Shown here piece by piece: positions 36,109-39,359 of a stretch of 39,359 bases of DNA. The notes beneath the pieces were generated by a model. It worked only from the letters and a program-made list of their open reading frames with translations, was not told where the DNA came from and searched no databases. Positions within the stretch are counted from its first letter, which is position 1. Each line of letters begins with the position of its first letter. This stretch comes from an uncultured Erysipelothrix sp. GTDB taxonomy: Bacteria > Bacillota_I > Bacilli_A > Erysipelotrichales > Erysipelotrichaceae. Where the stretch lies: contig CAZWPP010000001.1 of the NCBI GenBank assembly GCA_964635335.1, positions 1 to 39,359 on the forward strand, written 5' to 3'. The translations under genes were made by a program, and so were the position numbers.

Positions 36109-37004
36109 TGACTAAGAAATTATTAACTGTCTTGTTAATGGCTTTGTTACTAACTGGTTGTGTAAATTCTGAGAAAACTTCTGAATTTAAGAGTATCTTA
36201 AGTCCTGCTGGTGCACCTGCATTAAGCGTAATTCCGTTTGCTCTTGAAGATAAAGAAACGGTATCGATTGTGAGTGGTGCTGAAAATCTACAAGCTGCTT
36301 TTGTTGCTCCTGATAGTGAGTTTTCAATAATAATTGCTCCAATAAATCTAGGAGTTAATTTGATTAATAACAATAAGACAAAATTCAGATTACATTCAGT
36401 TGTAACTTGGGGGAACTTGTTTGTTGTTAAAGATGAGAATAACCAACAGAAGAAAATTGCTTTGTTTGGAGATAAAGCAGTTCCAGGTTTAGTGTATAAC
36501 AACGTAAAAAAAGCTTTAGGCTATAGTGACTATGAAGAATTGTGGTTACCAAGTGTAGCAGATGCACAAAAGGCATTAATTAGTGGAGAGGTTAGTGTAG
36601 CATTGCTGGCTGAACCAGTGGTTAGTGCGACAATGGCTAAGGCGAAAGAACTTAATAAAACGTTTGTGATTGCTAAGGATGTTCAAGAAGTTTATGCAAG
36701 TGTGAGTGGAGTTAGTAATTATCCTCAAGCAGGTTTGTTTGTACTAGAGGGATCAAATTATGATAAGCAAATTAAAATGATCAGTGATTATGTTTCTAAG
36801 GCTAATACAGACAGTACCCAACTTGTTAAAGATATTGAATCACTATCTCCAGAGTACTTAGGTGTACCAAATGCTCAAATTATTGGTAAAGCACTTAAGA
36901 ATATGAATGTAGATGTAAAAAAGGCATCTGATGTTAAACAAGAGTTGGTAGCTTTTTTGAAACTCTTCAATCTTGAGCTATCTGACAATGCAATCGTTAA
37001 ATAA
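36108..37004 (+). CDS. ABC transporter substrate-binding lipoprotein (NMT1/SsuA/TauA-like, substrate unknown)
   Basis: 298 aa with lipobox LLLTGC. The ATG overlaps the thrS stop (TAATG). The periplasmic-binding-protein type-2 look is consistent with the NitT/TauT-family permease next door. Confidence 0.65.
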   Translation: MTKKLLTVLLMALLLTGCVNSEKTSEFKSILSPAGAPALSVIPFALEDKETVSIVSGAENLQAAFVAPDSEFSIIIAPINLGVNLINNNKTKFRLHSVVTWGNLFVVKDENNQQKKIALFGDKAVPGLVYNNVKKALGYSDYEELWLPSVADAQKALISGEVSVALLAEPVVSATMAKAKELNKTFVIAKDVQEVYASVSGVSNYPQAGLFVLEGSNYDKQIKMISDYVSKANTDSTQLVKDIESLSPEYLGVPNAQIIGKALKNMNVDVKKASDVKQELVAFLKLFNLELSDNAIVK

Positions 37005-37016
37005 CTATGTTAAAAT

Positions 37017-37046
37017 AGACCTATGAAAAATAGGTCTTTTTTATTT
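37017..37046 (+). terminator. Intrinsic terminator between the SBP and permease genes, overlapping the permease start codon
   Basis: AGACCTAT-GAAAA-ATAGGTCT (37017-37037) followed by TTTTTTATTT. The ATG at 37023-37025 sits in the stem/loop junction. Confidence 0.8.
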
Positions 37047-37784
37047 AGATTTACATCTGGATTATTACTTATATTAATTTGGCAAGTTTTAGGTATGATA
37101 ATTAACAATGATATCTTTCTTCCGACTCCTGTTCAGACAATTAACACGATGTTCTATCAGCTCTTTGAAGATGAGTTTATCAAGTCACTGATGTTTACTC
37201 TTAATCGATTAGTACTTTCATTTCTTATTGCTATTGTTATTACACTGGTTATGACGATTATTTCAAGAAAGTATCAGTTGATTAGAATTATGGTAGAACA
37301 AGTTTTGTTGGTGATTCGTGTTATTCCTACTGCTGCTTTTATCTTAATTGCATTAATTTGGTTAGGACGAGATAGAAGTGTTTTATTGATTTCAATCATT
37401 GTCATGGTGCCATTGATGTATGATCAGTTGTATCATCGACTTCATGAAATTGATGATAAGTATCGTGATCCACTACTTCTATATGGTGATACATTTATAG
37501 AGAATATCCTTCATGTGTATGTGCCACTGTCATTAAGTTCGTTTTATACAATTTGTAAGAGTGCCTCGTTACTTGGATTAAAGGTTATTGTGACCTCTGA
37601 AGTTATTGTGTCTATTCAGCATGGTTTAGGAAAGGACATGAGTATTGCTTCACGGATTGATTTAAACAATGTGCGATTATTTGCTGATACTGGCTGGATT
37701 TTATTATTCGCGATTGTTGTGTCTTATGGATTTGATTTTTTGATTCAACAAGCTAAGAACAAAGAATTTGAAAATGGAAAGTAA
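37023..37784 (+). CDS. ABC transporter permease (NitT/TauT/SsuC-like)
   Basis: 253 aa with N-terminal pattern LLLILIWQVLG....FLPTPVQT typical of SsuC/TauC-type permeases, and about 6 TM segments. It has no SD, and the start is embedded in the terminator hairpin. Confidence 0.7.
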   Translation: MKNRSFLFRFTSGLLLILIWQVLGMIINNDIFLPTPVQTINTMFYQLFEDEFIKSLMFTLNRLVLSFLIAIVITLVMTIISRKYQLIRIMVEQVLLVIRVIPTAAFILIALIWLGRDRSVLLISIIVMVPLMYDQLYHRLHEIDDKYRDPLLLYGDTFIENILHVYVPLSLSSFYTICKSASLLGLKVIVTSEVIVSIQHGLGKDMSIASRIDLNNVRLFADTGWILLFAIVVSYGFDFLIQQAKNKEFENGK

Positions 37785-37797
37785 GAAGTGAAGTTTA

Positions 37798-38043
37798 ATG
37801 TTTAAAATAAAGTATTCGCCTGAACTTCAGAGACTTATTAATGAACCTGATGGTTCTATTGATGAGAGTACAGCTGAAGTTGTGAGTAGAAAAGAATCGT
37901 CGATGATTCAGTATGATGAGAGGATTAGGGAAATTAGTAAGAATATCTCTTCGGATAAACTTTCTACGTTGAAAAAGAAATCTCCTAATATTGGAAGTAC
38001 AATATCTGAGTTAGTCAAATTAATGAGTGAAAGCAAACGATAA
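37798..38043 (+). CDS. Hypothetical small hydrophilic protein (81 aa)
   Basis: Ser/Lys/Glu-rich ORF with a weak RBS (GAAGTGAAG). I recognise no motif. It occupies the slot where an ABC ATPase gene would be expected. Confidence 0.3.
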   Translation: MFKIKYSPELQRLINEPDGSIDESTAEVVSRKESSMIQYDERIREISKNISSDKLSTLKKKSPNIGSTISELVKLMSESKR

Positions 38044-38048
38044 AAAAA

Positions 38049-38085
38049 CGTAGAGCTATTTAAATAGTTCTACGATTTTATTTTG
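38049..38085. terminator. Bidirectional terminator between the small ORF and proS
   Basis: CGTAGAGCTAT-TTAA-ATAGTTCTACG hairpin (38049-38074) with an A-run before and ATTTTATTTT after. It overlaps the proS stop. Confidence 0.7.
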
Positions 38086-39359
38086 TATGTCATTAACTGA
38101 TACAAGTTCTTTATCACTATTTTGAACTGAAAATTCAACCATGTTCTCAGAGATTGCTTTTCCAACGGTGATTGTTGCATAAGAGCCAATCAGTTCATTA
38201 TCGTTAAACTTAACACCTGGTCTTTCTGGACGATCATCTAAGAGTACATCGAAGCCTTGACTTAATAATGAGGTATAGAGTTGGTTGGCTACTTCCATTT
38301 GTTGGTCGTCTTTTGTATTGATAACTAAAATCGATACTTGAATTGGTGCAATAGCTTTTGGCCAAAGGATTGATTTGTCTGTGTGATTTTGTTCGACGAT
38401 GGCTGCTAAACAGCGACCAATACCAATACCATAAGAACCCATGATAACTGGTTCAAGTTTGTTTTCTTCGTTGGCAAAATATAAATTCGTTGCGATTGAG
38501 TATTTTTCACCAAGTTTGAAAGTATTTCCAATTTCGATTCCTCTTTTGAAAATTACAGGACCATGACCGTTTTCGCACTGATCATTTTCCTTGATGTTTC
38601 TAATATCAGCAAATTGTGAAACAGTAAAATCTTCTAGATTCATGTTAATAAAATGGTGATCTGATTGATTTGCGCCTACGATAAAGTTATGCATCACACT
38701 CAATTGTTGATCAGCAATGACTCTAACTTGTAAGCCTTGTGGCCCAGCAAAGCCGACAGGAGCATTGGTGACATCAAAGACCTCTTGTGGGTTAGCCAGT
38801 TCGATTTCTTGAGCTTTGAGTAGCTTTCGTACTTTTGTTTCATTCACATCATGATCACCACGAACACATAATGCGACAAGTTCGTTGTCTACTTTGTAGA
38901 TTAGTGTCTTTATGAACTTCTTAATATCTTGATTTAGAAAACTTGTAACTTCTTCAATAGTTCTAGAATTAGGTGTCAAGACTAATTCTTTTTGAAGATG
39001 GTCCTCTATTTCAGTTTCTTCAACAACACATCCTGCGATTTCTAAATTAGATGCATAATTTGAGTCTGGTTGGATTACCAGAATATCTTCTCCGATATCT
39101 GATAGTGCTTGAAATTCTTCAGATAATAAACCACCCATAACTCCGGTGTCTGCTTTGACGATAACATAATCTAATCCCATTCGATCAAACGAGTTTTTAT
39201 ATGCTTGAAACATCTTCGAATATGATAAATCCAAACCTTCGAGGTTTTTATCAAATGTATAGGCATCTTTCATAACAAATTCTCTTACTCGAATCAGTCC
39301 ATAGCGAGGTCTTGGTTCATCTCTATATTTAGTTTGAAATTGATAGATACTGAATGGTA
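38056..39359 (-). CDS. proS: Proline--tRNA ligase (bacterial type with INS editing domain), 5'-truncated by the window edge
   Basis: The frame stays open upstream of the track's Met (39273) to the window end, reading ..YQFQTKYRDEPRPRYGLIRVREFVMKDAYTF (class II motif 2). The C-terminal anticodon-binding domain is present. Confidence 0.95.
   Translation of the reverse strand, partial: PFSIYQFQTKYRDEPRPRYGLIRVREFVMKDAYTFDKNLEGLDLSYSKMFQAYKNSFDRMGLDYVIVKADTGVMGGLLSEEFQALSDIGEDILVIQPDSNYASNLEIAGCVVEETEIEDHLQKELVLTPNSRTIEEVTSFLNQDIKKFIKTLIYKVDNELVALCVRGDHDVNETKVRKLLKAQEIELANPQEVFDVTNAPVGFAGPQGLQVRVIADQQLSVMHNFIVGANQSDHHFINMNLEDFTVSQFADIRNIKENDQCENGHGPVIFKRGIEIGNTFKLGEKYSIATNLYFANEENKLEPVIMGSYGIGIGRCLAAIVEQNHTDKSILWPKAIAPIQVSILVINTKDDQQMEVANQLYTSLLSQGFDVLLDDRPERPGVKFNDNELIGSYATITVGKAISENMVEFSVQNSDKELVSVNDIQNKIVELFK

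Noticed and set aside
138-36502. Other short overlapping ORFs from the track: 138-335 (+), 7812-8051 (-), 20336-20569 (-), 22369-22632 (-), 26951-27328 (-), 28529-28720 (-), 30034-30246 (-), 36077-36502 (-)
   Set aside because: All are embedded in or antisense to well-supported genes (ppiB, pgi, radC, mreD/polA, dnaB, pfkA, pyk, thrS/SBP), and their translations have no recognisable features.
37798-38043. The 81-aa ORF as a remnant of the missing ABC ATPase
   Set aside because: It has no trace of Walker A/B, Q-loop or LSGGQ motifs in its own frame, and I did not check the other frames of the interval. I kept it only as a low-confidence hypothetical ORF.
39271-39273. Met at 39273 as the proS start codon
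   Set aside because: The frame stays open to the window edge, and the upstream residues (YQFQTKYRDEPRPRYGLIRVREF) are the conserved class II motif 2 region. The gene is simply truncated by the window.
1-39359. Search for CRISPR repeats, IS elements or transposases, integrases, prophage genes, toxin-antitoxin pairs or known defence-system genes
   Set aside because: I recognised none. Apart from the intragenic rnfG duplication, I noticed no direct or inverted repeats beyond terminator hairpins and short palindromes, and the gene content is core housekeeping with conserved Bacillota synteny.

Overview
This is an AT-rich chromosomal segment, roughly one-third GC by eye. The gene order looks like a low-GC monoderm (Bacillota, Erysipelotrichia or Mollicutes-related), and TGA is used as a stop codon. 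About 40 tightly packed genes are almost all housekeeping. In order: ppiB, an MFS-like transporter, a pair of U32 peptidase-family genes, a TrmH-family methyltransferase, nadE, a thioredoxin-fold lipoprotein, nfu, an S1-domain protein and pgi. Then come apbE and the divergent rnfCDGEA-(small ORF)-B operon, tRNA-His, ftsA-ftsZ, namA and radC-mreC-mreD. The rest is polA-mutM-coaE-dnaB(loader)-dnaI, pfkA-pyk-ROK kinase, an M29 aminopeptidase, a lactonase, T-box::thrS with two ABC transporter genes, and the 3' part of proS. I see no CRISPR array, transposase, integrase, phage gene or recognisable defence gene. The one region that departs from textbook architecture is the Rnf locus. RnfG carries three FMN-binding domains instead of one. 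RnfD has an extra transmembrane helix plus a C-terminal FMN-binding domain. RnfB is cut down to its N-terminal Fe-S domain. A 53-aa Cys-rich membrane ORF sits between rnfA and rnfB, and an ApbE flavin-transferase lipoprotein is encoded divergently. Together these suggest an Rnf core feeding a chain of extracytoplasmic flavins. Secondary oddities are listed below:
- A Thr T-box operon in which thrS is translationally coupled to an ABC substrate-binding lipoprotein.
- An intrinsic terminator that overlaps the permease start codon, with no ATPase gene following.
- A ThrS without the TGS domain.
- A ROK kinase without its zinc site.
- An unannotated 39-aa membrane peptide ORF.
- mreCD without mreB, and ftsAZ detached from any dcw cluster.
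Several ORF-track starts were moved to internal ATGs that have Shine-Dalgarno sites. All family assignments come from reading motifs by eye and need an HMM or BLAST check.
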